A stretch of DNA of 60,411 bases, filler included, from Squatina squatina (GCA_031763465.1; 3 parts of 3 records of this genome joined end to end with filler, not necessarily neighbours in it), one strand, 5' to 3'; counted from the whole stretch's first letter, positions 35,974 through 48,849 are shown. Notes: generated by a model not told the origin, from the letters alone. A program made the numbers and translations.

Positions 35974-37654
35974 NNNNNNNNNNNNNNNNNNNNNNNNNNN
36001 NNNNNNNNNNNNNNNNNNNNNNNNNNNNNNNNNNNNNNNNNNNNNNNNNNNNNNNNNNNNNNNNNNNNNNNNNAGCCATTTTATAATGTTCTATATGAGC
36101 GCACGTTCGTTACTGACATTAAAAGAAAAAAGAATGATTAAAAAAAAAATGTAGTATAAGGAAGTAAGAGCTGAATCTTAATCTGCAGGAGCGCTTGGGT
36201 TTGGTGTGGGTGGGGGTTAAAACCGGGAAAAGAGACAGCGCGTCGGGAAGCCGACCCTAACCCGCCGAATTCTGCATTTCACTTAACCCGGGAGAGGCGG
36301 GTTACCAATTAACCTATGTTAATCGCTCAATTACAGTGATATTGACACACTCTTTGACTTTAGCATTGGGTCCATGGGTTTCCTGGGCTTCCGGAAACTT
36401 GCCAGTGAAAGCAAGACAAGTACACTGGCAATTGAGGGGGCTGAATCAATCTCGCGGAAATACTCAGTACTCACAGTTGCTTTCCTACCTGCTAGTGGGA
36501 AAGGGATTGTTCACAGTACTTTTGCTGAGAGGTAACTTTGGAGGTTTGCTTTATCACATCAGGATGGGGGCCACTTATGCTGCCTAAGATTGGACCTTAG
36601 AAGAGGACCAAGGTGACCAGCAACAACAACTACAGCCTGCTGGCCACAGACCTGTAGCTGCACACCGGCAGAGTGGTGACCAGAAGAGAGGTGCAGCTCG
36701 TAAGAGGCANNNNNNNNNNNNNNNNNNNNNNNNNNNNNNNNNNNNNNNNNNNNNNNNNNNNNNNNNNNNNNNNNNNNNNNNNNNNNNNNNNNNNNNNNNN
36801 NNNNNNNNNGTGTGGCTGACCCCACGCTGCTGGCGTAACCCAGCAGTGAGGTGGCATGGGTTGGGTCAGCGCCGGGTCAGCGCTGTGGCAATGCTGATTT
36901 ATGTTGTCACGTTACGCTGTCCCGGAACTGTGACTAAGTCACCAAGGCTGCATCCCAGTGCCTCGCTGGTGGCACGGTGCACTTCTGTCTGTGGGGCCCC
37001 GAATGCTGTTGGCCATTTGGGTGCAGTTGAAATGGGGCTCCTAAATATTCCAATCCATTGGGGATAAAATTGTGCTATATGAAATACAGCACAAAAGCTC
37101 ATCATATCTATTCAAAAGAAACAAGTTAATATTGCAATTAAAATTATGGCCAAAGGAATTTCATATGAACATATTAAGCATCATATGCTAATGTTACATA
37201 GTGCAAGACCCAAGTGAGTCTAAATTTACTGCCAGCAGTAAGCAGAGAGATGCAATAGGATGTTTATTGAAATTATTTAAATGTACAACTCTAATAATTG
37301 AAACAAGGCAATCGACCTGGGCAAATGAATATGACATATGCCAAAGGGCTTAAAATTGTGACTAAACAGAAGGCACACAGAAAATTACATTACAGTGCAA
37401 CTGAACTGTGTGTTTTAATGAAGCAATTGTGTCAACTTTAAACCTGCTTTCTTGCCAGAATTGTAGCATTGCCATGAACAGAAGGCTGTCCAACATCCCA
37501 GGGAATTACTGGTAGAAATATCAACATTTGTAAAAATGTCTGAATTACGGAGGACTGTAGGAAATGGATTCACAATTTAAAATTGCACAATAAAAATGTT
37601 CTACGGCAGACAAATGAAGAACCGTTACCCCAAAAAGATCTTTATATGGCCAAG

Positions 37655-37905
37655 AAATTCCAGTTCTCAATCCTGCCTCTACTGAGTTAACTGATCTCAC
37701 AATGTATTTTTGCGCCTTTGAGTTAACTACGACATGGGTGGACGTTGGGTGAGGACAGGATAAAGACCAGCCAGATGCTCATCATAGCTAAATAATCTGA
37801 CTACATTTACTGGCAAGGTTCATACACGAATAATGATTATTTAGGTGTGGTTATCTGGGGAGGACACCTGCACTAACGGAACTGTAGTCTTCAGCAGAAG
37901 TGTGA
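37655..37905 (+). repeat. Old SINE-like interspersed repeat (other copies at ~5520-5640, 38350-38530, 41780-42030 and 28030-28200 minus)
   Basis: Shared blocks gagttaactgatctca, gggtgaggacaggat and ctcgcacatgaagaatgg across diverged copies. Confidence 0.5.
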
Positions 37906-38243
37906 AGGGGAATGATTATTAAAGTAATTTCTAAATTCTATTGAGCAAGAGAGGCAACACATTATTTGGAGTCGTCCAATTCCGTTAAGTGTTACATTTT
38001 AATTTTTAAATTGGCTCATAAATAAGTAATAATGGTCTCACCAATACTCAGCAATGTCTTGCAAAGCACATGTATCATATATTATATCTATAATCGTTTT
38101 ATGGGCTTGAACCTAGTAAATTAATTATTACCACACTGTATTCTGGAAGACTGTAATAATCTATAGTTCATGCAAAGGCCAAAGTCACTTAATGAAAGTA
38201 TTCTTTTATGTTTTCACAGATACTTCTTCCATATATACGGACA

Positions 38244-38343
38244 NNNNNNNNNNNNNNNNNNNNNNNNNNNNNNNNNNNNNNNNNNNNTTAATTAATTAAN
38301 NNNNNNNNNNNNNNNNNNNNNNNNNNNNNNNNNNNNNNNNNNN
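38244..38343. other. Artificial scaffold-joining spacer (44N-TTAATTAATTAA-44N)
   Basis: Identical to 19784-19883. Confidence 0.97.
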
Positions 38344-38978
38344 ATGCACAATCACAGATGTCAGGTAATGATCAAGCTTGCCTGCAATAACCCTCATTGT
38401 TAAATTGCCTGCTAACACTTAAGCTTGGGCTCGCACATGAAGAATGGCTACTTAAGTTAGATGCCAGCAGACAGCATGCACCATAGAAGCTTAATCCAGC
38501 GAGAGTCAGAACCTTCAGCAAAGGACAGAAAAATGCAAGAAATAGAAAAGGAACATGACAAAATTTAAATTGAATTTGCAAAGTGACTTTTCTTTAAAAA
38601 GTCATATCGTTGAGATGCTTCTTAATGAAGCACCTCCAATTTTCCACATCGTGCTGACCTTTTTGCTTTGTAGAAATATTATCAAAATGAACTGTTAAAA
38701 TACAATAACTCATTTCATAATGCCAAGGTAACAACAGGATTCTAGTTAATAAACAATGATTTTCATTAGGTTACATGAAATCATAATTAAATAATTTTTG
38801 AAAAATAATGCATCAATGTGACATTAGTTAAATATTTGTTATTAAGTCTGTGCATTGATCAGTCAAGTACTTGGCAATGTTAATAATTACATGTTTGAAC
38901 TGATGAAGCTTAATTTGGGGGAAAGTCCAGTGGTGGAAAGATAGAAATACTCCCCACAAGTGACAAATGCTTACTTAC

Positions 38979-39047
38979 AGTTTCTTCCACTGGTGCATTA
39001 GAATCTGCTTCTATCTTTATTGATGATATTGGCAGATATGCAGAAGT
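38979..39047 (-). CDS. AHI1: Probable AHI1 exon immediately before the SH3 domain
   Basis: 69 nt, ttttcttttctttag / gtaagt: TSAYLPISSIKIEADSNAPVEET. Ends phase 0 on Thr like the exon preceding VVALYDY; sequence similarity is weak. Confidence 0.55.
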
Positions 39048-39239
39048 CTAAAGAAAAGAAAAATATACATTAAAAAAGTTGAATGTACATTCTGAGACAT
39101 ATCAGAAAGGTAATAGCTGGTTATTCCAATAATATCTCATTCTTGTATTTTATAAAGGAGATTTTCTTCACTTTGAAGACTTTGGTAACTGTTTTAGTTA
39201 TTGCATGTGTTTCAATTAATATTTAGTCTTGGAAATAAT

Positions 39240-39873
39240 GGGGGTGAAATTCAGCTCTGTTTTCGCCCCATTAATGCAGGCAAAACTGCACAAAATGGCG
39301 CCGGAAGGCGGCCATCTCCCCTCCCAGGAAATTCCCCTGGGTGGCCCGGGGAATTCCAGGATGGGTCGGCGCGTAATGTCATTAAAATGTGCGCCGACCC
39401 TTACCGCGTGGCCCATTTGCATCCTGCGAGTGGAATTCACCCGCGGGGCGCGGCCTCAGTGCCGGTCAGTTGCGGTGAAACCCGTCGCTGCAACGGGAAT
39501 CTTAAAGGAGAGGGCTGATCGCAGCCCACGACCAGATCGGGCCACCATCCCCTCACCTGGCCCAGTCACCGGCGTCCCTAGTGGCCGTGGGGGTGCCGTC
39601 TGGATGGCCGGCGGCCTTCCCCTTTAAGGAAGGCCAAGCATGCTGCGTCTGATGTCAGTGTGCTGCAACGCAGATGCGGCGCACTGATGTTGCTAGCATG
39701 GCGCTAACGTCCATGGCCAGCCATCCCAGTTCCACCTGAGAGCAAGACTGAATTGCCGCCCCATGCTTCTGCCATGGAACAGCAAATTCCGCGGCCGGCA
39801 AAAGATTTTAGGAGCCGGTGGGAAAATTGCCAGCTCCCGCCGACTGCAAGCGCCTGGGCTGAATTGTTCGCCC
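39240..39873. mobile_element. Complete Harbinger-type MITE
   Basis: Imperfect TIRs GGGGGTGAAATTCAGCTC / GGGCTGAATTGTTCGCCC flanked by AAT on both sides (3-bp TSD). Confidence 0.7.
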
Positions 39874-42478
39874 AATATATCAGAGCATCTGATTATGCCA
39901 TTATATGTCACTCAACACTTCAACTTTGTATTTAATAACTTTAAAACAGCCCAGAACATCTTGTTTTATTTTACTCAATCACTGAATGAAAAGAGTCCCT
40001 CCTATTAACTTGGATGAAACTTACCATGATCTTCTACGAATACAAGATATTTAATCAGAATTCTCCCTCTCCAATTCAGAGCTATATACATTACCACTCC
40101 TCCTTTAGCCACTTAACCGCATCATTATGAACTTGGAGCATGCGGAACTGCAGACACCTCTACAATCCAATGTTACTTCCCAGTGAGAAAGTATTCTGAA
40201 AAGATGAAATAAGCTGAACTCCACTCTTTTGAACCCTGGGTTTTGATACGCCAACCAGACACAATGTAGAAACTGACAACATCCAAATACCAAGCAAGGC
40301 TTACTGCTCCAGGACTTTTAATGTTTGCTAATGGATAATAGAATTCCTGCAGCAATCTTCTGGGGTTAGATAGGAGAGCCAAAATAGAAATTGAGGCAGG
40401 GAATATTCAAAGAAATGCTATACAGGTAAAAAAAGGCAAAGCAATAGAATTTTTGCAACCACAAGGTTGTGGTGTCGAGGGGCAGATTTTATAGCTAGCA
40501 CTTTTAAACAAGTAGTGAGGTTCATCTGCTTTTTTTTTGTGGCATGTGTATATTCTAAGAGTTCACCTATCACAACTATGAGAGGCTGCCTACACTGGAG
40601 GAGACAGTTTCAAAGTTGCTGCTGTTTTCATATTTTCTGGTTCTTCCACTGGATACTAGTGTGAAGTAGGGATTTGCAGGCTGGTAGCAGTCCGATAGGC
40701 CGCAACATGAACACTCCTTCCAATAACAATGGCCATAACCATTTTTATACCAGCCAATAGGGTGGTTAGTCCTATTCGGAGGTGGGGAGGGGGGGGGCGG
40801 GTGAGGATTTTATGGGCTCCCACAACCCATACAATAGGGGGTAGGCACCNNNNNNNNNNNNNNNNNNNNNNNNNNNNNNNNNNNNNNNNNNNNNNNNNNN
40901 NNNNNNNNNNNNNNNNNNNNNNNNNNNNNNNNNNNNNNNNNNNNNNNNNGCAGGTCATGTTCAGTGTTGTATGCCTAATAACAAAAATGCTGAGCCACAA
41001 TATTCAATAGTGCAGCATATGGACAGGTATTTTCATCTCCAGGAAAGAGGGAAATTGCTGTAAATGTGCTTAAAACTGACTTACAATTGCATCATGTACC
41101 ATGTTCTCAGACTAGTGTGAGGCTGTGGCTCTATGAAGGGGTGGTGATTCGTTTACTCTTCTGTGCTGTGATAATTGGGTAGTAAGAGGTTTAATGTAAA
41201 AGACAGTGACTTATTCTGTATTTGGATTTGTAGGCATTTTAGGTCAAGGCACCCATTGATTTTTACCAAAGCAAATTGACATTCTTTATACTACAATTAT
41301 TCTTAATTCAAAACACAAGTCTCCATCTCTTGGGTGCATTAAATAATGCTACAAGGTGTACCACCCAAGTTATACTGGGAATGCACACTGGGTTCACTGG
41401 CTTCTTTTGAAACTCTGAACAACGCTGCAAAGATACACATCAATTAAGTTATGTGTTCAGTGTGACTTTCATATGTTCAGTGCTACTTGAAATTTAATAG
41501 GGAGTCAGAGTGCCCAAGAGTACAGCCAACATGGCCCGGTGGATGTACATTTTTTTTCGAACAATGGGCTATTGAATAAGTTACACTGATGCAGCAAGTA
41601 AGTATTGATTCATGAATATTGTTAGCTCTACATATTGTTAATTCTGGGTATTGTGTTGTATCTGGGTGTTGTACTGTACCCATAGAACATAAATCTATCA
41701 TGACGTCTTCGGTTAAACTAATTTCTGCTAACAGAATAAAGAATGGTGTTGCCGGAGACCCTCATTTGATAAAGGCAGTGTATGAACAATACAGACAGAG
41801 TTAAATCCCTGTTTGTGCAGAGTTAGTTGATACCAGCCAGTGTAGCGATAAGTGGTTTTGGGGTCTTTAGGATAAGCAGGTGAGTCAGGATTTATACTCC
41901 TGATCGCAGGTCTCTGCTCGAAAGTTTGTATAAATCATGGTGAGGGCATCAACAGGCTCAGTTGTGAAGGCTGCCACAGTCAAATAGCACGCTAACACTC
42001 ACATAACACAGCATTACGAGAAACGACCATGAAGTCCGCACCATCCGCCGATCATGTACAATTTGCCCACCACAGGTCCTGCATTTATTACCAGGCACAC
42101 AAACAACTGTCCAGAAAGATAGAGTGGGTTAAATGTTTCCCTGGCCCTGAAGGTAACTGACTGATATTAATCCAACCCCACAACCCACTCCATTCACCAC
42201 CGACCGTCTGTGGTTCGCAATTTACTCAGCTGATGTTACTGTAGCCGAGCGGGCGAACTCCCCCAGAAAATTCACCCTCAGTCAAGTTCAATAAAGCTCC
42301 TTTGGTCATCCTAAGGTTACTTCTCATTGTGAGTTCTGTACATGTGGTGATAGTTCTTAAAATGACGAGAATAAAATAATGCAAAAGCCAAATACTGTGG
42401 GTGCTGGAACCTGAAATAAAAACAGAAAATGCTGGAGACACTCAGCAGGTCGGGCAGCATCTGTGGAGAGAGAAACAG

Positions 42479-42515
42479 AGTTAATGTTTCAGGTCGATGA
42501 CCCCTCGTCAGAACA
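42479..42515 (-). ncRNA. Hammerhead motif with stem III mutation, in repeat copy ~42385-42515
   Basis: GUU-CUGACGA-GGGGUCAUCGACCU-GAAAC-AUU-AACU; a CpG-type G>A change breaks the ACGU palindrome. Confidence 0.55.
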
Positions 42516-44239
42516 AATTACTTTTGAAGTGCAGTTACTGTTTGCAAATTTATACACAACAATCCAACAAAGAGCAAATGAACTAAAGATGAAACAATCG
42601 GTTTCGGTACTCCGAATTGAGGACTGAAATGTTGGTTAGGGCACAAATAACTTCTTGGCTCTTCCCTGAATCAACCTTGATCAATCGCTGCATCCTGTGC
42701 TGATTTTAATTAGTACTACTTTTGTATGATGGGGAAAAGTTTATACTGGGATGTCGAGATTGGCCATCCATTTGATGGCCTCCTGAGATGCCTCGTAGAG
42801 AAATTAGGTGCATCCCGCAACAAATCATAATGGGCAGGTTGATGTGATGTGTTTGATGGTCTGGGACTCAGACTTGTGGAGCAAGTGGCCACATCGTCCA
42901 TACCCTATGTGAATTCAGTTGAGCGCTGTCCACTGTCTTTAAGGGAGATCAAAGCAAGGGACCTCTGGTGTTGGGTCACTGATAAAGTACTGGTTCTTTA
43001 TGTTGCATAGTTAGCTGTACCCGGATCAGTGGCTACAGTAGCGGCATATTGGTGGGTGCAATTAAGTTGCCTCTGGGACTATATCGTATCCTTTCTTGGT
43101 TCCTTTTTGTCTTCTTCCATTAAATTCACAGAGGGCTTTAGTGAAAGCAATCCTTGTAGCTTAAAAGTACGTGGCTCGAAAAAGAAATCAACTAGTACAA
43201 CTGTACTAGAGCAGTTTCTGATGTGAGAACTTGGCTAGCCTTTAACGACCATTAGAAATGGTCTGCACATGTAGGGTGTGAAAGCAGAAAATATGCAGCA
43301 TCCACCATCAAGCAGCATCGATAAGGAGATTTGCAGTAAAGATCTCGCACAGCACTGCTGGCAGGGAACCAAGGCCAGGATTTCACCTGCAACTGACAGA
43401 ATACAAGTGCACCGAAGAACATGTGATTTTGTGGCCTCGGCGTGCACAATGCCTGTTGGCATGACTTATGCAAATGAGAATGGCAAGGCTAAATTTTAAT
43501 ACTTAGATCACTATGCTGTGTGTCGTCAATCTAATATGCCTTTTAAAAAATACTGCATTTCTCTGGAACCAAACCCAGCTGAGCTGGCTACAAATTGACT
43601 GCCTTTCAGCCCCATTGCTATGTGATAAGAAAGGCCGTTTGTGATTTTCAAACTTCCTGAAGTGAAAAGGAAATGGGCAAACAACCTTAAAAGTGTGCAT
43701 GGAGGACGTGAGATATGAACTAGAGTCTTTGATTATATCAGATAAATAATGCCAGAAATGTTTTGTGGATTAAGAAATTGCAACAGAACAAGGGAAGCCA
43801 GTTTAAGTAATTAGGCAAAACTCTTTTAGCAACTCACTCAGCCTAAGCAGCATCTACATAGTGATGTTTAAACATAAACCACAGTGGTTGAATGAGGTCA
43901 AAAATATTAAGGCCCAGTAGAAATATTGGGCTGGATTTTCCTCTGCTATACTGCCTGAAATAGCAGGGTGAAATCAAAGAAAATAAGGTGGGGAAGTCTA
44001 CTGCTGCATTCCTGCCCTGATCTGGATTTCCTTCCTCCTGCCCCCTAGCAAGGTAGTCTGCTGGCTACCCATTCGCTATCCCATCATATGCAAAATAGGG
44101 CAGAGAGGAAGGACCGAGAAACCCAGTTGATTTCATGATNNNNNNNNNNNNNNNNNNNNNNNNNNNNNNNNNNNNNNNNNNNNNNNNNNNNNNNNNNNNN
44201 NNNNNNNNNNNNNNNNNNNNNNNNNNNNNNNNNNNNNNN

Positions 44240-44575
44240 AGGTGGAAATAGGCGGTTTTAGTTATGCCGTGGATGTGAAGTCGGAAGCTCATTTTAGGGT
44301 CAAATGTGACACCAAGGTTGCGAACAGTGTGGTTCAGCCTCAGACAGATGCCAGGGAGAGGGATGGAGTTGGTGGCTAGGGAACGGAGTTTGTGACGGGG
44401 ACCAAAGACAATGGCTTTGGTCTTCACAATATTTAGTTGGATGAAATTTATACTCATCCAATACTGGATGTTGGACAAATAGTCTGGCAATTTAGAGACA
44501 GTGGAGGGATCAAACGAGGTGGTGGTCGTGTCGGGCTGGGTGTCATCAGCTTGCATGTGGAAACTGATGCTGTGT
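44240..44575 (-). mobile_element. L2 LINE reverse-transcriptase fragment
   Basis: SFHMQADDTQ (decayed YADD), WMSINFIQLNIVKTKAIVFG, VRNLGVTFDPKMSF. Confidence 0.9.
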
Positions 44576-45231
44576 TTTATAATAAAGCTTACAAAATACA
44601 GGAAAAGTAACCACAATTTTGTAAATTCACTCAAATAGTGTGAATTGCATCAAAACAATCTTTTTGTCTGAGTACATGCCTTGATATAGGCTACATTTTT
44701 AATATGTGGGGTTTATACAATTTTACACAAGTAGGAGAACATTCCAAACTGTAACCTGAGACTGTAAGTCAAATACTTAGCATAATACCTTAGCTTGAGT
44801 ACTAATTAACTAAGAGTGTTGGAATACCGAAGTTCAAATATATAATCACACCTGTGGTCCACAACTATGGAAGACCTATATGTATGACAGTTGTTTCCAC
44901 AAGTGAATAAACATCCAACTTTACTGGCAATATTTTTTACTCTACACTGTGGGAGGCTGTGCATTAATATATTTTGGATCATGCTATACAGAGAAAACCA
45001 AACTGCGCTAATAAATTGTAGCTCGTGGGATTTTTTTTCTTTACTGGAGTGAAAATAAAAATTGCATTCTTAAACTGCTGGGATTATTACCACTACATGG
45101 AATAAACCATTTACATATTTTCTGTGTTTCAAGGCAGCAAAATCAAGCTTCAAACAACAAAGGAAACTATTTTTAGACCTGAAATGTGACTAAACAAGAT
45201 GCAGTCTTGAATTGAGCTTTTTCCAATATAC

Positions 45232-45310
45232 ACACAAAAAATGCTGGAAAAACTCAGCAGGTCAGGCAGCATCTGTGGAGAGAAAAACAGAGTCAACGTT
45301 TTGGGTCGAT
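45232..45310 (-). mobile_element. Penelope-type terminal repeat with partial, mutated hammerhead (AAAAC for GAAAC)
   Basis: Near-identical reverse complement of 29661-29736; truncated by a gap. Confidence 0.7.
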
Positions 45311-45410
45311 NNNNNNNNNNNNNNNNNNNNNNNNNNNNNNNNNNNNNNNNNNNNNNNNNNNNNNNNNNNNNNNNNNNNNNNNNNNNNNNNNNNNNNNNNN
45401 NNNNNNNNNN

Positions 45411-45505
45411 CCCCTCAGGATTTTGAACACCTCTATCAAATCTCCTCTCAACCTTCTCTGCTCAAAGGAGAACCACCCCAGCTTCTCCAGTCTATCCACA
45501 TAAAT
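45411..45505 (-). mobile_element. CR1 LINE fragment
   Basis: DRLEKLGWFSFEQRRLRGDLIEVFKILR. Confidence 0.85.
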
Positions 45506-46406
45506 GAAGTTTGTACTTCACACTGTCATGCTGAGAGTGGCTGCAGGAAAGAGTGAAAATTATATTTTGAAATACAATTAGGTACACAAAGGAGTTAAAA
45601 ATCTCAAAGCAACATTTTGGCATGAAATCCCCACTTTTGCAGCACAATAAATATATTGTTGTCCATTTTATTTTCCCAAGTTCAACTCACATTAAAACAA
45701 TGGTTCTGTAAATATAAATTTCTAACAATCTTAAGTGTTCAATGTACTCGAGGTGACAATATTCCAAGACCACATCTGCTTGCATAAACCTTAATGACCC
45801 CTGTCAATTGACACCTCCTCCCCCAACACACACAACAGGTGCAGCATCCACAGATATTTCTGTTAACAGCACCAGCACACACTGTAATTCTCTATCTTGT
45901 TGCCCCCCAACCTTGTTAACAATTGCTTCTATTGAAAATGTAATGCTAATTTTTAAAAAAATGTAAAGTAGCTTGGCAGGATTCCCTCGATTACACCCAC
46001 AGGGTAAATGCACCTCAGCAAAGACTTCACTAATCAGGAACACCTGGCTTTCATGAGCTTCAANNNNNNNNNNTATTAATGTCAGTGCTGAATAATTAAC
46101 CAATCCTGCTTACTGCATAACAGTGCTTCTGGTGAAATAATTAACCAAACAGCTGAAGGGCACACAGGTTTTAGCACATTACAAATTAATCCAAAAAATG
46201 TCTTTTTAAAAGCGGATGTTCCAATTCTTTTCCTGAATCCAGTTATGCTCATTTTCCTACAACTGTTATCACCTTTTATCACTTCCAACTTTTCTTGCTC
46301 ACTAACNNNNNNNNNNNNNNNNNNNNNNNNNNNNNNNNNNNNNNNNNNNNNNNNNNNNNNNNNNNNNNNNNNNNNNNNNNNNNNNNNNNNNNNNNNNNNN
46401 NNNNNN

Positions 46407-46610
46407 TCGATAAGGTGCCACATAAAAGGTTGTTGCGCAAGGTAAAGGCTCATGGGATGGAGGTAATACATTAGCATGGATAGATGATTGGTTAATGGAC
46501 AGAAAGTAGGGATAAACGGGTCATTTTCAGGTTGGCAGTCCGCAAGCATCAGTGCTTGGGCCTCAGCCATTTACAATCTATATTGATGGCTTATATGAAG
46601 GGACTGAGTT
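46407..46610 (+). mobile_element. CR1 LINE RT fragment
   Basis: FDKVPHKRLLRKVKAHG ... SVLGPQPFTIYI motifs. Confidence 0.8.
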
Positions 46611-46640
46611 TTTTTTTTAAAAAAGGGTTTAATAACTTAC

Positions 46641-46759
46641 ACTCTTAGGTCCATCACTCTCAAAGTGCTGTCTCTGGCATGGATTAGTAGACGTCTGCCA
46701 TTTGGGTGAACTTCCAGGTGATTTATAGGAACACCTTTTAGGTCATTCTGTACTATGTT
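46641..46759 (-). CDS. AHI1: Jouberin WD40-region exon
   Basis: 119-nt exon, tttttgcag / gtaagt: [39 protein letters not shown] (recalled human [32 protein letters not shown]). Confidence 0.92.
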
Positions 46760-47052
46760 CTGCAAAAATTTTGAATATTGTTTTTAATGTACGGTAACTG
46801 TCCGAACTTAATTTTTTAAAAATTCATTTATATTTAGGAAAAGTACAATCAAAATCTATAACACTTTTCCAATCTGTGCATCTCATCTGTGTGTTGACAC
46901 TGTATAAGATTGCTAACAACATTCTAATAACAGTTGGCTTTTATATTGTACCNNNNNNNNNNNNNNNNNNNNNNNNNNNNNNNNNNNNNNNNNNNNNNNN
47001 NNNNNNNNNNNNNNNNNNNNNNNNNNNNNNNNNNNNNNNNNNNNNNNNNNNN

Positions 47053-47130
47053 CTTCCTTAGTGAAGACAGAACCAAAGTAGTTATTCAATTGGTCTGCCA
47101 TGTCCTTGTTCCCCATGATCAATTCACCAT
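47053..47130 (-). mobile_element. CR1 LINE ORF2 fragment
   Basis: GELIMGNKDMADQLNNYFGSVFTKE. Confidence 0.8.
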
Positions 47131-47302
47131 AATCAACATAATCAATACATAATTGATCAAAGTTTCTAAATGCACTGGGGATAATTTTGACTTTGGGTGA
47201 TAGTGTAAAATGGGCAATAGAAAAGCGGCAGCCCATTTTACATCTCTCCCGATTTTTTAATTTCCATTGTAATCACAGCATTGGCTAAGCAAACTTCTTT
47301 AC

Positions 47303-47458
47303 CTGCCCAGGTAGTCTGGTCCATTTCAAAAGTTCCAACTTCTGGGAATCTAGATTTGATGTAGCACCTTTGTGTGTCACCTCAGATTGAAGCTCAGTGT
47401 ATGAAATAGTGCCTTGTTCTTGTTGAGTAGCCATCATGGAACGTACAGAAGGATTCAC
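47303..47458 (-). CDS. AHI1: Jouberin exon preceding the WD40 repeats
   Basis: 156-nt exon: VNPSVRSMMATQQEQG...LLKWTRLPGQ (recalled human IKPSYRSMMALQEEKG...VIKWKRLPGQ). Confidence 0.92.
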
Positions 47459-47484
47459 CTATTCAAGAGGAACAACACTTAAAG

Positions 47485-47590
47485 AACAACTTCTTGCTTT
47501 TTTATATAGCGCCTTTCAGGACATCCCGAAGCGTTTCACAGCCAATGTAGTGCTTCTGAAGTGTAGTCATTGTCGTAATTTAGGAAACTT
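47485..47590 (-). mobile_element. DeuSINE-type SINE tail
   Basis: Reverse complement of the shared tail (tatatagcgcctttcaggacatcccgaagcgtttcacagccaatg). Confidence 0.75.
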
Positions 47591-47767
47591 ATTGAACACT
47601 TTTTTTTGTGTTGCCTATTATGTACCATTTACAGCATGTGGCTTGTGAGAAGAGATAGTGAGCTTTGCACAAAAACACACTGTAACTGCAGCTGCTGTTA
47701 AGATGGTACATAAATAACAGCTGCTGTTAATTTCATCAGCATTCTGGAGTTTGAGAATCTGGTGGTG

Positions 47768-48432
47768 GGGGGGGGGGGCAATTCGAGTGGCCCGAAACGG
47801 GCCCCACCATTCACCACTCCACAGCCGGAGATGCGCCGCGCTGGCAGCGAAACACTGTGATGCGGCCTTGGTGACTTAGTCACCTTTCCGGGTCAGCGTA
47901 ACGTAGCAACGCTAAACCGGCGTTACCACGGCGGTGACCCAGCCCGTGCTGCTTCACTGCCGGGTTGCGCCCTGCCCCCTGACTTGACACACCTTCACAA
48001 CCACAGGGAAAACCCGCTGTTGCCAGCGGCGTCGCAGGTCAGCTGGCCTCCAATTTCAGAAGGGGTGTCGCAGGCGGGCGGAGAGGGGTCGTCGCGCGAT
48101 ATTATGACGTCGCGTGTCTGACCCCGGCGCCAACACCGTCCCCTGGCAGCAAGGCCTACACACCACCGGGGCACCAGGCGCAATACTACATTTTATAATT
48201 TTTTTGACTCTACGCAGCTTTCACACACAGGTGGCGCCGAACGGCCTGTTTCTGTACCATATGTCCTAGGTACCCAAATTTTTATTTTCCTGTGGCTGTT
48301 AAGGGGTCAAAATTCCAGCTTTTTTCGCCCCGTTAGTGCCTCGGAGGGCTAACAGGGCAACAAAAGCATTTTTGCCAGGGCGGGGCAGCGATCTCGCCTC
48401 TCGGGAAATTCCCCGGGAGGTTGGGGAGGCTC
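47768..48432. mobile_element. Cluster of GC-rich Harbinger-type MITE fragments, with a CR1 tail at ~48200-48265
   Basis: Terminus GGGGTCAAAATTCCAGCTTTTTTCGCCCC at 48303 resembles 39240; CpG-rich block 47768-48181. Confidence 0.55.
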
Positions 48433-48656
48433 NNNNNNNNNNNNNNNNNNNNNNNNNNNNNNNNNNNNNNNNNNNNNNNNNNNNNNNNNNNNNNNNNNNN
48501 NNNNNNNNNNNNNNNNNNNNNNNNNNNNNNNNAAACATTCGAAAATGTCAGTTTGCTCATCCAAAACCTACTATACTATTCACCGAGGTCTAATCATCAT
48601 ATAAAAGCATATAGTACAGAATTAGTGTGTCAATATCCAACCCAAATGTTTGATAC

Positions 48657-48849
48657 CTCAAAAAACAGAATGGTATAAGGCGAATCCTTGAATTCGTGAA
48701 GAAAATGACCAAATCGTTCATTGAAGATAATCTGTTCCTCCCATGATGGAATCGTCGACTTGTTTTTTCTAAAATCGTATGGCTGTGTCATGATGGGAAG
48801 GATGTGCTCCACGTGCTCTTGCTCATAATATGAAGTGACATGTCGCTTG
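48657..48849 (-). CDS. AHI1: Jouberin exon (C2-like region)
   Basis: 193-nt exon: [64 protein letters not shown] (recalled human [29 protein letters not shown]). Confidence 0.95.
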
